Shown here one piece after another: positions 47,082-57,984 of a DNA stretch of 64,000 bases; within the stretch, counting starts at the first letter, position 1; each line of letters starts with the position of its first letter. Made by a program: the position numbers and the translations under genes. This DNA comes from Candidatus Falkowbacteria bacterium (GTDB lineage Bacteria > Patescibacteriota > Patescibacteriia > JAACEG01). Below the pieces are notes generated by a model. The model was not told the origin of the DNA and did no database searches. It saw nothing but the letters and a program-made list of their open reading frames with translations. The stretch lies in NCBI GenBank assembly GCA_018651725.1, contig JABIDK010000014.1, positions 70,625-134,624 of the forward strand, in the 5' to 3' direction.

Positions 47082-47822
47082 ATGGATGCTTGTGTTTTTA
47101 CTCATAAAGGTGACAGAGAGTATATGGAAGACACGATTTCTTTGGTTGAATGCTTTGGCGATCGTAAGGATTGGCTTTTTGGAGGAGTTTTTGATGGACA
47201 CGCCGGAGATAAGGTGGCGAAAAAAGCAGAAAAAAATTTGGCAAACGCTTTTTTGTATAATTTGAACACCTCTTTGTCTGTTCCAGGGGCTTTTAGGCAA
47301 TCGTATAAAACGATTTCTGAAGCAGAAAATTTTTTATTTTCCGGTTGTACCGCCCTTTGCTTTTTTGTAAACAAACAAGATATGTTTATAGCTAATGCCG
47401 GAGACTCACGATTAATTATAGTTGTTGATGGAGACATTGATCAAATAACAGAAGAGCATACTGTTAATAATCTTAAAGAACAAAAAAGAATAGAGAGCAA
47501 AGAAGGTAAAATTGAAGATGGGTATGTCTGGAAAGGACTGGACGGAAGAGTGCCTACTCGTGCTTTAGGTGATCATTATTTTGAGAGCGTTGGCGTAATT
47601 TCTGAACCGGAAATATTTTTTAGAACACTTCCAAAAAATAAAGAAGTTTTTATTATCGCTGCTACCGATGGTCTCTGGGATGAAGTAGATAACAGGGCAG
47701 CCGCAAAAATGGTTAAAGGGAAAAAATCACCCAAAGAAGCCGGTGAAGAGATTATGAACTCTTTTACCGCCTTTAGCACAGGTACATTGGACAACATCAG
47801 CTTGATTGTTGTCAAAATATAA
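47082..47822 (+). CDS. PP2C/PPM-family protein Ser/Thr phosphatase
   Basis: R.YMED, VFDGHAG, SGCTA, ANAGDSR, TRALGD, ATDGLWD, DNIS. Confidence 0.92.
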   Translation: MDACVFTHKGDREYMEDTISLVECFGDRKDWLFGGVFDGHAGDKVAKKAEKNLANAFLYNLNTSLSVPGAFRQSYKTISEAENFLFSGCTALCFFVNKQDMFIANAGDSRLIIVVDGDIDQITEEHTVNNLKEQKRIESKEGKIEDGYVWKGLDGRVPTRALGDHYFESVGVISEPEIFFRTLPKNKEVFIIAATDGLWDEVDNRAAAKMVKGKKSPKEAGEEIMNSFTAFSTGTLDNISLIVVKI

Positions 47823-47844
47823 AAAGGTTGTATTATCAATTATC

Positions 47845-47883
47845 CACCGCAGAGGCTTTCAAAGCTCTGCGGTTTTTTATTGC
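47845..47883 (+). terminator. Terminator, copy 2 of identical 39-bp repeat
   Basis: Identical to 46944-46982. Confidence 0.88.
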
Positions 47884-47961
47884 TATTTTAAATAATTATT
47901 GATATAATTTTATTTAAGCCATTGCTTAAATGCTTAAATGTTTATATGTTAAAATGATTTT

Positions 47962-48600
47962 ATGTTTATTATTTTTTCAATTTTTGTTTTAATTTATTCA
48001 GTTATTATTCATGAATACGCTCACGGTTGGATGGCCGACAGATTGGGCGATCCAACCGCTAGACACGCCGGACGGTTGACTTTAAATCCGATGCCGCACA
48101 TTGACCCGATCGGGAGTATTTTGATCCCAGGATTTTTAATTATGTCCGGCGCAAATTTTTTAATTGGTTGGGCAAAGCCAGTTCCGTTTAATCCATATAA
48201 TTTAAAAGACCAAAAGCACGGTTCAGCTAAAGTAGCTATTGCCGGTCCAGCGTCTAATTTTTTAATTGCCCTAACCTTTGGCTTAATTTTAAGATTTTTT
48301 CCAGCTGAAATGTTGTCTAACTATAATGTAGCTGTTTTTGCTCAGTTGCTATCTTACGTTGTTTGGCTTAATTTATTGTTGATGATTTTTAACTTAATCC
48401 CAATCCCGCCGCTCGACGGCTCAAAGGTTTTAATGACTATTCTTCCGTCGCATTACCAAGAAATTTTTCACCGCCTAGAACAGTGGGGAATGGTTATTTT
48501 GATTTTTTTCATCTTTGTTCTTTTCCCTTATGTTGTCCTCCCGATCTTATCTTTTCTCTTCAAATTAATAGTCGGAGCCCCATTTTATTTCTTCTTATAA
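47962..48600 (+). CDS. Site-2 protease family (M50) metalloprotease
   Basis: HEYAH, GDPT, AGPASN, NLIPIPPLDG. Confidence 0.92.
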   Translation: MFIIFSIFVLIYSVIIHEYAHGWMADRLGDPTARHAGRLTLNPMPHIDPIGSILIPGFLIMSGANFLIGWAKPVPFNPYNLKDQKHGSAKVAIAGPASNFLIALTFGLILRFFPAEMLSNYNVAVFAQLLSYVVWLNLLLMIFNLIPIPPLDGSKVLMTILPSHYQEIFHRLEQWGMVILIFFIFVLFPYVVLPILSFLFKLIVGAPFYFFL

Positions 48601-48712
48601 AGAGCTCTTGACATATTTTTTAAATATGATTTAATAGTAATTAAGGTAATGAATTACTCTTGCCTTTTTTATTTTACATAAAAAAGCTAGTAAAACTAGC
48701 GAAGATAAAAAG

Positions 48713-49132
48713 ATGCCAACAATAAATCAATTAGTTAGAATAGGAAGAAAAAGGACTATTAAGAAAACTAATACTCCGGCTCTTCGGACTACTTTGAATA
48801 CTTTAAGAAGAAGATCAAGAGAGTTACCAAAAGGTAGCCCTTTTAAGCGCGGGGTTTGTTTGAAGGTAACAACTACTACTCCGAAAAAACCAAACTCAGC
48901 TCTTCGTAAAATTGCCAGGGTAAGACTTTCTAACGGGATGGAAGTAACAGCTTATATCCCGGGAGTTGGTCATAATCTTCAAGAGCATTCAATTGTATTG
49001 ATTCGAGGAGGAAGGGTTTCTGATTTGCCGGGTGTACGATATCATATTGTTCGTGGAGTATATGATACTCAAGGAGTAGAAGGTAGAAAACAAAGCAGAA
49101 GTTTATACGGAGCAAAGAAAGAAAAAAAATAA
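48713..49132 (+). CDS. rpsL: 30S ribosomal protein S12
   Basis: [22 protein letters not shown]. Confidence 0.98.
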   Translation: MPTINQLVRIGRKRTIKKTNTPALRTTLNTLRRRSRELPKGSPFKRGVCLKVTTTTPKKPNSALRKIARVRLSNGMEVTAYIPGVGHNLQEHSIVLIRGGRVSDLPGVRYHIVRGVYDTQGVEGRKQSRSLYGAKKEKK

Positions 49133-49153
49133 AAAATAATTTTAATAAAAAAT

Positions 49154-49624
49154 ATGCGAGGAAAAAAAGCGCCAAAAAGAAAAATTAAACCAGATGCAAA
49201 ATTTAACAATCTTAATATTGCTAAATTTATTAACTATATAATGGATGCAGGGAAAAAGTCTACTGCTGAGGCAATTGTTTATAATGCTTTTGATATTATT
49301 TCGGAAAAAACTAAGGACGACCCGGTTGTTATTTTTGACAGAGCTGTTAAAAATATAACCCCATCTTTAGAGGTAAAAGGAAAAAGAGTTGGTGGAGCTA
49401 ACTATCAGGTACCAATGATGGTTAAGGGAACAAGAAAATTTCAATTAGCCAGCCGTTGGATTATTGCAGCAGCTAAAGCAAGAAAAGGAAAACCAATGCA
49501 AGAAAAATTAGCCTTTGAATTAATGGACGCAGCCAAAGGAGAAGGCGCTGCTATGAAGAAAAAAGAAGATGTCAGAAGAATGGCTGAAGCAAACAGAGCC
49601 TTCGCCCATTTTGCAAGATATTAA
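49154..49624 (+). CDS. rpsG: 30S ribosomal protein S7
   Basis: RVGGANYQVP, MAEANRAFAH. Confidence 0.98.
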   Translation: MRGKKAPKRKIKPDAKFNNLNIAKFINYIMDAGKKSTAEAIVYNAFDIISEKTKDDPVVIFDRAVKNITPSLEVKGKRVGGANYQVPMMVKGTRKFQLASRWIIAAAKARKGKPMQEKLAFELMDAAKGEGAAMKKKEDVRRMAEANRAFAHFARY

Positions 49625-49633
49625 AAAATTAAT

Positions 49634-51727
49634 ATGCCAAGAGAATTTCCACTTGAAAAATTAAGAAACATTGGGATTATTGCTCATATCGACGCCGGTA
49701 AAACTACGGTTACCGAGCGTGTTTTGTATTACACAGGAAAAAAACATAAAATCGGTGAAGTTCATGAAGGAGCAGCTGAAATGGATTGGATGGAGCAAGA
49801 GCAGGAAAGAGGAATTACAATTACCTCTGCTGCCACCACTTGTTTTTGGAAAGATCACAACATTAATATTATCGATACCCCGGGACATATTGATTTTACA
49901 GCTGAGGTACAAAGATCTCTCCGCGTACTAGACGGTGGGATTGTTATTTTTGATGGAGTAGCCGGAGTAGAGCCACAGTCAGAAACTGTTTGGCATCAAG
50001 CCGATGGCTTTAAAGTTCCGCGTTTAGCTTTTGTTAATAAGCTGGATAGAACCGGAGCTGATTTTTATTATGACTTAAAAACTATTCACGAAAGATTAAC
50101 TAAAAATGCTTACCCTATCCAATTGCCGATTGGAGCAGAGGCTGATTTCAAGGGAATTATTGACTTAATTGAGGAAAAAGCTATTATCTATCAAGATGAT
50201 ATGGGGACCAAATGGGAAGAAACAGACATCCCGGAAGATATGAAGGAAAAAGCAAAAAAATATCGCGGAGAGCTAATTGAAGCGGTTGTTGAAAACGATG
50301 AAGAGTTAATGAATAAATATTTAGAAGGTAAAGAAGTATCTGTAGAGGAGATTAAAAAAACTTTAAGAAAAGCTGTTATCAATAATAAAATCGTACCGGT
50401 CTTATGCGGGACAGCCCTTAAAAATAAAGGAGTTCAATTTTTATTGGACGCAGCTGTAGAGTATTTACCAAGTCCACTTGATGTTCCGGCAGTTGAAGGT
50501 TATGACCCAAAAGATGAAGAGAAAATTATTCAAGCAAGTCCTTCCGATGATGAGCCTTTTACAGCCTTAGCTTTTAAAATTGCGGTAGATCCATTTGTTG
50601 GAAAGCTATGTTTTTTCAGAGTATATTCAGGATCGTTAAAATCAGGATCTTATGTGTTGAATGTTAATACCGGAAAAAAAGAAAGAGTTGGGAGGATCGT
50701 GAAAATGCATGCCAACAAAAGAGAAGAAGTTCCTGAAATTCACGCTGGTGAAATCGCTGCTATGGTTGGTCTTAAAAGTACTTTTACCGGACACTCTTTA
50801 ACAGATCCGAACAGACCGGTAATGCTTGAAACTATTACATTCCCAGAACCGGTTATCTCTGTTGCTATTGAACCAAAAACAAAGGCTGATCAAGAAAAAA
50901 TGGGGATTGCTCTACAAAAGTTAGGAGAAGAAGATCCAACCTTTAGAATAAAAACAGACGAAGAAACAGCCCAAACTATTATCTCTGGAATGGGAGAATT
51001 GCATTTGGATATTATTATCGATAGAATGAAAAGAGAATTTAAAGTTGAAGCAAATATTGGTGAACCGCAGGTAGCTTACAAAGAAACAATTAAAAAGATG
51101 GCAAAAGCTCAAGGAAAGTATGTTCACCAATCAGGTGGACGTGGGCAATATGGTGATTGTTGGTTAAGGATTGAACCGCTTGAAGACGATGAAAAAGAAT
51201 TTGAATTTTCCAGTGAGATTAAAGGAGCATCAATTCCTAATGATTATATCCCGGCAATTGAAAAAGGCGTAAAAGAAGCCTTGGGTAGCGGAGTAGTGGC
51301 TGGATATCCGATGCTTAATATCAAAGTAGCTGTTTATGACGGATCTTATCATGAAGTTGATTCATCTGAAGTAGCTTTTAAAATAGCCGCAACAAGAGGT
51401 TTTCAGGAGGCAGCTAAACTGGCTAATCCGATTTTGCTTGAACCGATAATGAAAGTTGATGTTGTTACTCCGGAAGATTTTATGGGAGATGTGATTGGAA
51501 ATCTTAATTCAAAGCGTGGACAAATTGAAGAAATGGAAGACAGGGGACAGGGGGTAATGAAGGTAAAGGTTGTTAAAGCTAAGGTGCCACTTTCTGAAAT
51601 GTTTGGTTACGCCACTGAACTTCGATCGATGACTCAAGGAAGAGCATCGTATGCTATGGAGTTTTCTAACTACGCTGAAACACCAAAAAATGTAACAGAG
51701 AAGATTGTTGAAGGAAAGCAGAAATAG
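49634..51727 (+). CDS. fusA: Elongation factor G
   Basis: [23 protein letters not shown]. Confidence 0.98.
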   Translation: MPREFPLEKLRNIGIIAHIDAGKTTVTERVLYYTGKKHKIGEVHEGAAEMDWMEQEQERGITITSAATTCFWKDHNINIIDTPGHIDFTAEVQRSLRVLDGGIVIFDGVAGVEPQSETVWHQADGFKVPRLAFVNKLDRTGADFYYDLKTIHERLTKNAYPIQLPIGAEADFKGIIDLIEEKAIIYQDDMGTKWEETDIPEDMKEKAKKYRGELIEAVVENDEELMNKYLEGKEVSVEEIKKTLRKAVINNKIVPVLCGTALKNKGVQFLLDAAVEYLPSPLDVPAVEGYDPKDEEKIIQASPSDDEPFTALAFKIAVDPFVGKLCFFRVYSGSLKSGSYVLNVNTGKKERVGRIVKMHANKREEVPEIHAGEIAAMVGLKSTFTGHSLTDPNRPVMLETITFPEPVISVAIEPKTKADQEKMGIALQKLGEEDPTFRIKTDEETAQTIISGMGELHLDIIIDRMKREFKVEANIGEPQVAYKETIKKMAKAQGKYVHQSGGRGQYGDCWLRIEPLEDDEKEFEFSSEIKGASIPNDYIPAIEKGVKEALGSGVVAGYPMLNIKVAVYDGSYHEVDSSEVAFKIAATRGFQEAAKLANPILLEPIMKVDVVTPEDFMGDVIGNLNSKRGQIEEMEDRGQGVMKVKVVKAKVPLSEMFGYATELRSMTQGRASYAMEFSNYAETPKNVTEKIVEGKQK

Positions 51728-51855
51728 TTTTTAGATCAACGCTTGACAAGTTCTAAAAATGTGTTAATATAAATAAAGTTTTTAATAAATAATTAATCTA
51801 AGCAATTGGATAAAACTCCTTTATTAGGAGGTTGCTTATTAAGGAGAATAAAAAA

Positions 51856-53046
51856 ATGGCAGAAAAATTTGAGAGAACAAAACCGCATGTTAACATTGGT
51901 ACCATTGGTCACGTTGATCATGGTAAAACAACTTTAACTGCGGCTATGTTAAAAGTTTTAGCAGCTAAAGGTCTTGTTGCTTCAACTAAAAATGTAGACC
52001 AAATTGATGCTGCTCCGGAAGAAAAGGAGCGCGGTATTACTATTGCAACTGCTCACGTTGAGTACGAGTCAGAAAAAAGACATTACGCTCACGTTGATTG
52101 TCCGGGACATGCTGATTATGTTAAAAACATGATTACCGGTGCCGCTCAAATGGACGGAGCAATTTTAGTAGTAGCGGCTACTGACGGACCTATGCCTCAA
52201 ACTAGAGAGCATATTCTTTTAGCCCGTCAAGTTGGTGTTCCTTCTATCGTTGTATTTTTAAATAAAATCGATCAAGTAGAAGAACCGGAACTTGTTGATT
52301 TAGTTGAACAAGAAGTTCGAGATCTTCTTAATAAGTATGACTTTCCTGGAGACACAACTCCTATAATTAGAGGTTCAGCTCTAAAAGCTTTAGAAAACCC
52401 TGATAACGACGAACACGCTAAGCCGATTATGGATTTACTTGATGCTGTTGATGAACATATCCCAGAGCCGGAACGTGCAATTGATCAACCATTTTTAATG
52501 CCGATTGAAGATATTTTTTCTATTGAAGGTCGTGGAACAGTGGTTACCGGAAGAGTTGAAAGAGGTATTGTTAAAGTTGGTGAAGAAATTGAAATAGTTG
52601 GTATTAAAGATACTTTTAAAACAACCGTTACCGGAGTAGAGATGTTTAATAAACAACTAGACGAAGGTCGCGCTGGAGACAACGCCGGAATTTTGCTTCG
52701 TGGTATTAAAAAAGATGAAGTAGAAAGAGGTCAAGTTTTAACTAAACCGGGAACAGTTACCCCTCATACTGAATTTGAAGGTGAAGTATACGTATTAAGT
52801 AAAGAAGAGGGAGGAAGACATAAACCGTTTTTTAAAGGTTACAAACCACAATTTTATATTAGAACAACCGATGTTACAGGAGAAGTAATTTTACCGGAAG
52901 GAACAGAGATGGTGATGCCCGGAGATACTGTAAAGATTAATATTAAATTGATTGCTCCTATCGCGCTTGAAGAAAAGCAAAAATTTGCTATTCGTGAAGG
53001 TGGGCGAACAGTTGGGGCAGGAGTAGTTACAAAAGTTATTAAATAG
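51856..53046 (+). CDS. tuf: Elongation factor Tu (start ATG 51856)
   Basis: [21 protein letters not shown]; SD AAGGAG before MAEKF. Confidence 0.98.
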   Translation: MAEKFERTKPHVNIGTIGHVDHGKTTLTAAMLKVLAAKGLVASTKNVDQIDAAPEEKERGITIATAHVEYESEKRHYAHVDCPGHADYVKNMITGAAQMDGAILVVAATDGPMPQTREHILLARQVGVPSIVVFLNKIDQVEEPELVDLVEQEVRDLLNKYDFPGDTTPIIRGSALKALENPDNDEHAKPIMDLLDAVDEHIPEPERAIDQPFLMPIEDIFSIEGRGTVVTGRVERGIVKVGEEIEIVGIKDTFKTTVTGVEMFNKQLDEGRAGDNAGILLRGIKKDEVERGQVLTKPGTVTPHTEFEGEVYVLSKEEGGRHKPFFKGYKPQFYIRTTDVTGEVILPEGTEMVMPGDTVKINIKLIAPIALEEKQKFAIREGGRTVGAGVVTKVIK

Positions 53047-53056
53047 TTTTATTATT

Positions 53057-53088
53057 TGTTAAGCCCGACTTTAAAGTCGGGCTTAACA
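53057..53088. repeat. Perfect 32-bp palindrome between tuf and rpsJ (no U-tract)
   Basis: TGTTAAGCCCGACTTT|AAAGTCGGGCTTAACA. Confidence 0.8.
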
Positions 53089-53098
53089 CACATAACAC

Positions 53099-53449
53099 AT
53101 GACTGACAAGAAAACAACTGAAGAAAAAACTGAGAATACGAGCAAAGAACAAAGAATTCGTATCAAGATTAAAGCATTTGACAGCAAAGTGATCGATAGA
53201 TCAACTAAGACGATCATTGAAACCGCTGAAAGATCAGGGGCTCAAGTTAAAGGACCAGTGCCTTTGCCAACATCTATTAAGAAGCACACCGTTCTTCGTT
53301 CAACTTTTGTTCATAAAGACGCCAGAGATCAGTACGAGATGAGAATCCATAAAAGATTAATCGACATAATCAACCCGAACCCTAAAGCAATCGATGATTT
53401 AATGAGTTTAAATTTACCGTCAGGCGTGAATATTGAGATTAAAATGTAA
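53099..53449 (+). CDS. rpsJ: 30S ribosomal protein S10
   Basis: [23 protein letters not shown]. Confidence 0.97.
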   Translation: MTDKKTTEEKTENTSKEQRIRIKIKAFDSKVIDRSTKTIIETAERSGAQVKGPVPLPTSIKKHTVLRSTFVHKDARDQYEMRIHKRLIDIINPNPKAIDDLMSLNLPSGVNIEIKM

Positions 53450-53572
53450 AAAGATCGTTTTATTTATATAATTTTCAAGTCAAAGAACTTCTAAGTTTTT
53501 AGAAAAGTATTGATAAGAAAATTCGTATATTATTAAGGAGGAAATAAAATAAAGCATAACCACTAGAGGAAA

Positions 53573-53627
53573 ATTAAATTTATTGCATAATAATTTATTT
53601 AATGAATTATTATGTAATAAATTTAAT
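53573..53627 (+). promoter_or_regulatory. Long AU-rich hairpin in rplC leader
   Basis: 27-nt arms complementary except for two G-U wobbles. Confidence 0.55.
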
Positions 53628-53661
53628 AAGCTGGCTTTATTTATAGTCAGTTTTTATTTAT

Positions 53662-54444
53662 ATGAAATTTATTTTAGGACAAAAAAGAGAAATGTCTCAG
53701 ATATATGTAGAGAACAATGTAATTCCTGTTACAGCGATTGAAACAGGTGACTGTAAGATTGTTCAAGTTAAAACGATTGATAGCGATGGATATGAAGCTA
53801 TTCAAGTAGGTTTTTTGACTAAAAAAAATATAAATAAACCAGCCAAAGGGCATTGCAAAGGGTTGGGAAATTTTAAGCATTTAAAAGAGTTTAGATCTGA
53901 GAAAAATGAATTTAAAATTGGTGATATTTTAGATATAAATAGCTTTGAAGTAGGAGATAAGGTTCAAGTAACAGGATCGTCAAAGGGAAAAGGTTTTCAA
54001 GGAGTTGTTAAGCGACATGGTTTTCATGGAGCACCTGCTTCTCATGGAACAAAAGATCAATTAAGAATGCCCGGTTCAATCGGAGCAACCGGTCCGGCCC
54101 ATGTTTTTAAGGGAACAAAAATGGGGGGACAAATGGGTAATCAGCAGTCAACTGCTAAGGGCTTAGAAATAATTGAAATTGACAAAGAAAATAATTTAAT
54201 TAAAGTAAAAGGAGCTATTCCAGGTGCAAGAAATTCGTTAGTAGCTGTTAGTTGCGATGGTGAGATGAAAATCATTGAAAATAAAAAACCAGACAAGGTG
54301 AATTCCGGAGGAAAAGAGAGTGACCTGAGTCAAAAAACAGCAGATAAAAAGCAAGAAAATAAAGATTCAAGTAATCAGAAGATCGAGAAATCAACAAAAC
54401 AAGAAGATATCAAAAAAGAAGAAAAGAAAGAAGATAAAAAATAA
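53662..54444 (+). CDS. rplC: 50S ribosomal protein L3 (charged C-terminal tail)
   Basis: SKGKGFQG.VKRH, PGSIG, KGAIPG. Confidence 0.97.
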   Translation: MKFILGQKREMSQIYVENNVIPVTAIETGDCKIVQVKTIDSDGYEAIQVGFLTKKNINKPAKGHCKGLGNFKHLKEFRSEKNEFKIGDILDINSFEVGDKVQVTGSSKGKGFQGVVKRHGFHGAPASHGTKDQLRMPGSIGATGPAHVFKGTKMGGQMGNQQSTAKGLEIIEIDKENNLIKVKGAIPGARNSLVAVSCDGEMKIIENKKPDKVNSGGKESDLSQKTADKKQENKDSSNQKIEKSTKQEDIKKEEKKEDKK

Positions 54445-54456
54445 ATTTTTTTAAAT

Positions 54457-55110
54457 ATGTCTGATATTAAAGTAAAATTATATAATCGAAAAGCAGAAGA
54501 AGTTGGAGAAGAGAAATTAAGCTCTGATATTTTTGGCTTAACAGTAAATCAGGAGCTAGTTAAACAGGTAGTAGTGGCTCAGAACGCTAATTCAAGACAA
54601 GTGTTAGCTCACACGAAAGGTAGAAGTGAAGTTAGAGGTGGTGGTAAAAAGCCATGGAAACAGAAAGGAACTGGTAAAGCCAGAGCCGGATCAAGTAGAA
54701 GTCCTATTTGGATCGGCGGTGGAGTTACTTTTGGTCCAACAAAAGACAGAAATTTTTCTTTAAAAATAAATAAAAAGATGAAAAGAAAAGCACTTCTTAT
54801 GGGAGTGTCTGATAAAGTAAAAAATAATAGTATAATACTTTTGGATAAGTTGGAAATGGATAAAATCAAAACAAAAGAAATGGCTAAAATATTTCAAAAT
54901 TTTCAAGAAAAAGTTATAGATAAAAAAACAAAAGCCAGTATGTTATTGATTCTGGGAGATAAAAATGAAAATGTTATTAAGTCTGTTAGTAATATTAACA
55001 AAGTAACTGTAATGGGAGCAGATAGTTTAAATATAGTGGATATTTTAAGATACGAGTATTTATTAATTACTGCAGAAGGTGTTAAGAAAATGGAAAAGAT
55101 ATATAAATAA
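54457..55110 (+). CDS. rplD: 50S ribosomal protein L4
   Basis: GGGKKPWKQKGTG.AR.GS. Confidence 0.97.
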   Translation: MSDIKVKLYNRKAEEVGEEKLSSDIFGLTVNQELVKQVVVAQNANSRQVLAHTKGRSEVRGGGKKPWKQKGTGKARAGSSRSPIWIGGGVTFGPTKDRNFSLKINKKMKRKALLMGVSDKVKNNSIILLDKLEMDKIKTKEMAKIFQNFQEKVIDKKTKASMLLILGDKNENVIKSVSNINKVTVMGADSLNIVDILRYEYLLITAEGVKKMEKIYK

Positions 55111-55117
55111 TTATTAT

Positions 55118-55582
55118 ATGGGAATTTTTGATAAAATTAAAAAAAAGGTAATAAAAGATGAAGATAAAAAGATCAAGAAACCATCTTCTGTTAAAGTTGT
55201 GGCTGATAAAGAAATAAAGAAAGACGATGTAAAAAAAGGGCAAGACAAAAAAGTAGAAAAACCAAAACAAGATGTAAAAGCAACGGTTAAGGGTAGAAAA
55301 ATCGCTTACGATGTTTTAGTGAGACCGCTTATTACAGAAAAGGTTACAGATATGGGAGCTTTTAATAAATATGCTTTTGAGATTTCTATTAAATCAAATA
55401 AGCAAGAAGTTAAAAAAGCAGTACAAGAAGTTTACGGAGTAACACCTATTTCAGTTAACATTATAAATACGAAAGGTAAAAAAACAAGATCAGGTAGAAG
55501 GGCGGGAAAAAGAAAGGATTGGAAAAAAGCTATTATTACCTTAAAAAAAGGAGAAAAAATAGAAGTTTACGAAGGAGTTTAG
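55118..55582 (+). CDS. rplW: 50S ribosomal protein L23 with long K/D-rich N-terminal extension
   Basis: PLITEK, WKKAIITL; ATG 55118. Confidence 0.93.
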   Translation: MGIFDKIKKKVIKDEDKKIKKPSSVKVVADKEIKKDDVKKGQDKKVEKPKQDVKATVKGRKIAYDVLVRPLITEKVTDMGAFNKYAFEISIKSNKQEVKKAVQEVYGVTPISVNIINTKGKKTRSGRRAGKRKDWKKAIITLKKGEKIEVYEGV

Positions 55583-55594
55583 ATAATTATTTAT

Positions 55595-56437
55595 ATGCCT
55601 ATTAAAAGATACAATCCAACTACGCCGGGAAGACGCAAATCATCTGTGCAGGATTTTTCTGATATTACAAAAAAGGAACCGGAAAAAGCATTAACAATGA
55701 TTAAGAAGAGATCCGGTGGAAGAAATAATCAAGGGAAAATTACAGTTAGGCATAGAGGTGGTGGCGCTAAAAGATATATTCGTATTATAGATTTTAAACA
55801 AGATAAATTTGATGTTCCGGCTAAAGTTACAGCAATTGAATATGACCCAAATAGAGGAGCAAGAATTGCTTTGCTTGAATATAAGGATAAGGTAAAAAAA
55901 TATATGATTGCGCCGATAAATGTTAAAGTTGGAGATACGATCGTATCGTCTAAAGATAAGGAAACAGAGATAAAGGAAGGAAACAGAATGATGTTGGAAC
56001 ATATTCCGGCAGGAATGAATGTTTACAGTATTGAGCTTATTCCAGGCAAAGGTGGTCAAGTTGCCAGAGGTGCCGGAACAGCAGTAAAGTTAATGGCGAT
56101 TGAAGGAAAATATGCGCAATTAAAAATGCCATCCGGAGAAATAAGATTGGTTCAAAAAGAATGTATGGCAACGATCGGTCAAGTTGGTAATCCTGATTAC
56201 AGATTAGTTCGATGGGGTAAGGCCGGAAGAACAAGGCACAAAGGAATTCGCCCGACTGTTCGTGGAAAAGTAATGAATCCGGTAGATCATCCTCACGGTG
56301 GAGGAGAGGGAAATCAACCTATTGGTTTGAAACATCCTAAGACCCCCTGGGGTAAACCGGCTCTTGGAGTTAAAACAAGAAAGAAAAATAAAAGTTCAAG
56401 CAAATTTATCTTACAAAGAAGAAAAAAGAAACGATAA
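55595..56437 (+). CDS. rplB: 50S ribosomal protein L2
   Basis: [26 protein letters not shown]. Confidence 0.98.
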   Translation: MPIKRYNPTTPGRRKSSVQDFSDITKKEPEKALTMIKKRSGGRNNQGKITVRHRGGGAKRYIRIIDFKQDKFDVPAKVTAIEYDPNRGARIALLEYKDKVKKYMIAPINVKVGDTIVSSKDKETEIKEGNRMMLEHIPAGMNVYSIELIPGKGGQVARGAGTAVKLMAIEGKYAQLKMPSGEIRLVQKECMATIGQVGNPDYRLVRWGKAGRTRHKGIRPTVRGKVMNPVDHPHGGGEGNQPIGLKHPKTPWGKPALGVKTRKKNKSSSKFILQRRKKKR

Positions 56438-56454
56438 TTAATAATTTAAATCTT

Positions 56455-56733
56455 ATGTCAAGAAGTTTAAAAAAAGGTCCATATATAAATGAAAAATTGA
56501 TGAAGAAGATTCAGAATTTGAAGCAAGGTGATAAGACCGTGATTAAAACATGGGACAGAGCCTGTACTATTGCTCCGGAAATGGTTGGCTTTACGATCGG
56601 AGTTCATAACGGTAGAGAGCATACCCCAGTTTTTGTATCAGAAAATATGGTTGGGCATAAGTTAGGTGAGTTTTCTCCAACAAGAAAGTTTATATCCCAC
56701 GGAGGAAAAATGGCCAAAACACAAGTAAAGTAA
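56455..56733 (+). CDS. rpsS: 30S ribosomal protein S19
   Basis: [16 protein letters not shown]. Confidence 0.98.
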   Translation: MSRSLKKGPYINEKLMKKIQNLKQGDKTVIKTWDRACTIAPEMVGFTIGVHNGREHTPVFVSENMVGHKLGEFSPTRKFISHGGKMAKTQVK

Positions 56734-56765
56734 GTAGATAATTCACAGTTTATAATTAAATTCAT

Positions 56766-57269
56766 ATGGAAATTAAAGCTAAAGCCAGATACATTAAAAT
56801 GAGCCCGAAAAAAATTCGGTTGGTTATTGATGTTATCAGAAACATGGAAGTTGTTGATGCTTTAGCTCAGCTTAAATTTATAAATAAGCTTGCCACAAAG
56901 CCGGTTGATAAACTTTTAAATTCAGCTGTTGCTAACGCTAAGCATAATTTTGACACAGAAAAAGATAACCTATATATTAAAGAAATAAGAGTTGACGAAG
57001 GTCCAACCACAAAAAGATGGAAACCAAGAGCTTTTGGAAGAGCCAGCACGATTAGAAAAAGAAGTTCACATATTTCTATAATATTAAAAGCAAAGAAAGA
57101 GACTATTAAGAAAGAAGATGTTAAAAAAGAAAAATTAGCTAAACCAGAAATTGTTAAAGAAAAGATAAAAGAGTCATCTGAAAAAGAATCTCATAAAGAC
57201 GATAAGGGAAAAGCAGTAAAAACACAAGAAGGAACTTCTAAAAAAATGTTTAGAAGAAAAGCAGTATAA
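56766..57269 (+). CDS. rplV: 50S ribosomal protein L22 with charged C-terminal extension
   Basis: SPKK.RLV, SAVANA, PRAFGRA. Confidence 0.97.
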   Translation: MEIKAKARYIKMSPKKIRLVIDVIRNMEVVDALAQLKFINKLATKPVDKLLNSAVANAKHNFDTEKDNLYIKEIRVDEGPTTKRWKPRAFGRASTIRKRSSHISIILKAKKETIKKEDVKKEKLAKPEIVKEKIKESSEKESHKDDKGKAVKTQEGTSKKMFRRKAV

Positions 57270-57293
57270 ATAATAATATAAACATAATATTGT

Positions 57294-57983
57294 ATGGGAC
57301 AAAAAGTTCATCCAAAATCATTTAGACTAAATAGTATTTATAACTGGGGATCCAGTTGGTTTTCTGAAAAAAAATTCGGTAAATTTTTACGTGAAGATAT
57401 TTTGATAAAAGAATACATAAAAAAGAAGTTAAAAAATATGGGTATTGCCGAGGTGAATGTTAAAAGATCGGGTGAATCTTTTGAAATAGATATTTATTCT
57501 TCTAAACCGGGAATGATAATCGGTCGTGGAGGATCAGGAATTGAAACTTTGCAGAATGATATTATGAAAGATTTTTTCAAAGAATATAATAATAAAAAAG
57601 TTAAACCTTCTATTAATTTAAATATAAAAGAAGTTAAAAATATTAATTTAACAGCTGAACTGGTTGCAGAAAATATTGTAACAGATATAGAAAAAAGAGT
57701 TCCTTTTAGAAAGGTTATAAAACAGGTTGCCGGTAGAGTGAAAAAGGCAGGAGCCAAAGGAGTTAAAATCATGGTTGCGGGTCGTTTAAACGGAGCTGAA
57801 ATTGCCAGAAGTGAACATGTTTCAGAGGGGAATTTACCACTTCATACTTTAAGAGCGGATATTGATTACGCGTCTAAGCCTGCAAATACTATTTATGGAG
57901 TAATTGGAGTAAAAGTATGGATTTATAAAGGAGAAATTTTTGATAAAAAGAATAATAAAATAAAAGATAATAAAGTTTTATAA
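57294..57983 (+). CDS. rpsC: 30S ribosomal protein S3
   Basis: [28 protein letters not shown]. Confidence 0.98.
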   Translation: MGQKVHPKSFRLNSIYNWGSSWFSEKKFGKFLREDILIKEYIKKKLKNMGIAEVNVKRSGESFEIDIYSSKPGMIIGRGGSGIETLQNDIMKDFFKEYNNKKVKPSINLNIKEVKNINLTAELVAENIVTDIEKRVPFRKVIKQVAGRVKKAGAKGVKIMVAGRLNGAEIARSEHVSEGNLPLHTLRADIDYASKPANTIYGVIGVKVWIYKGEIFDKKNNKIKDNKVL

Positions 57984-57984
57984 T

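Noticed and set aside
46920-47300. 126-aa minus-strand ORF and other antisense ORFs within long genes (e.g. 7607-8143, 11062-11496, 13273-13623)
   Set aside because: Antisense to well-supported genes or crossing terminators, with no recognisable motifs.
51832-51855. N-terminal extension of EF-Tu from TTG 51832 (likewise rplW from 55079)
   Set aside because: SD position and homology support ATG 51856; the rplW upstream start overlaps rplD, so ATG 55118 is preferred.
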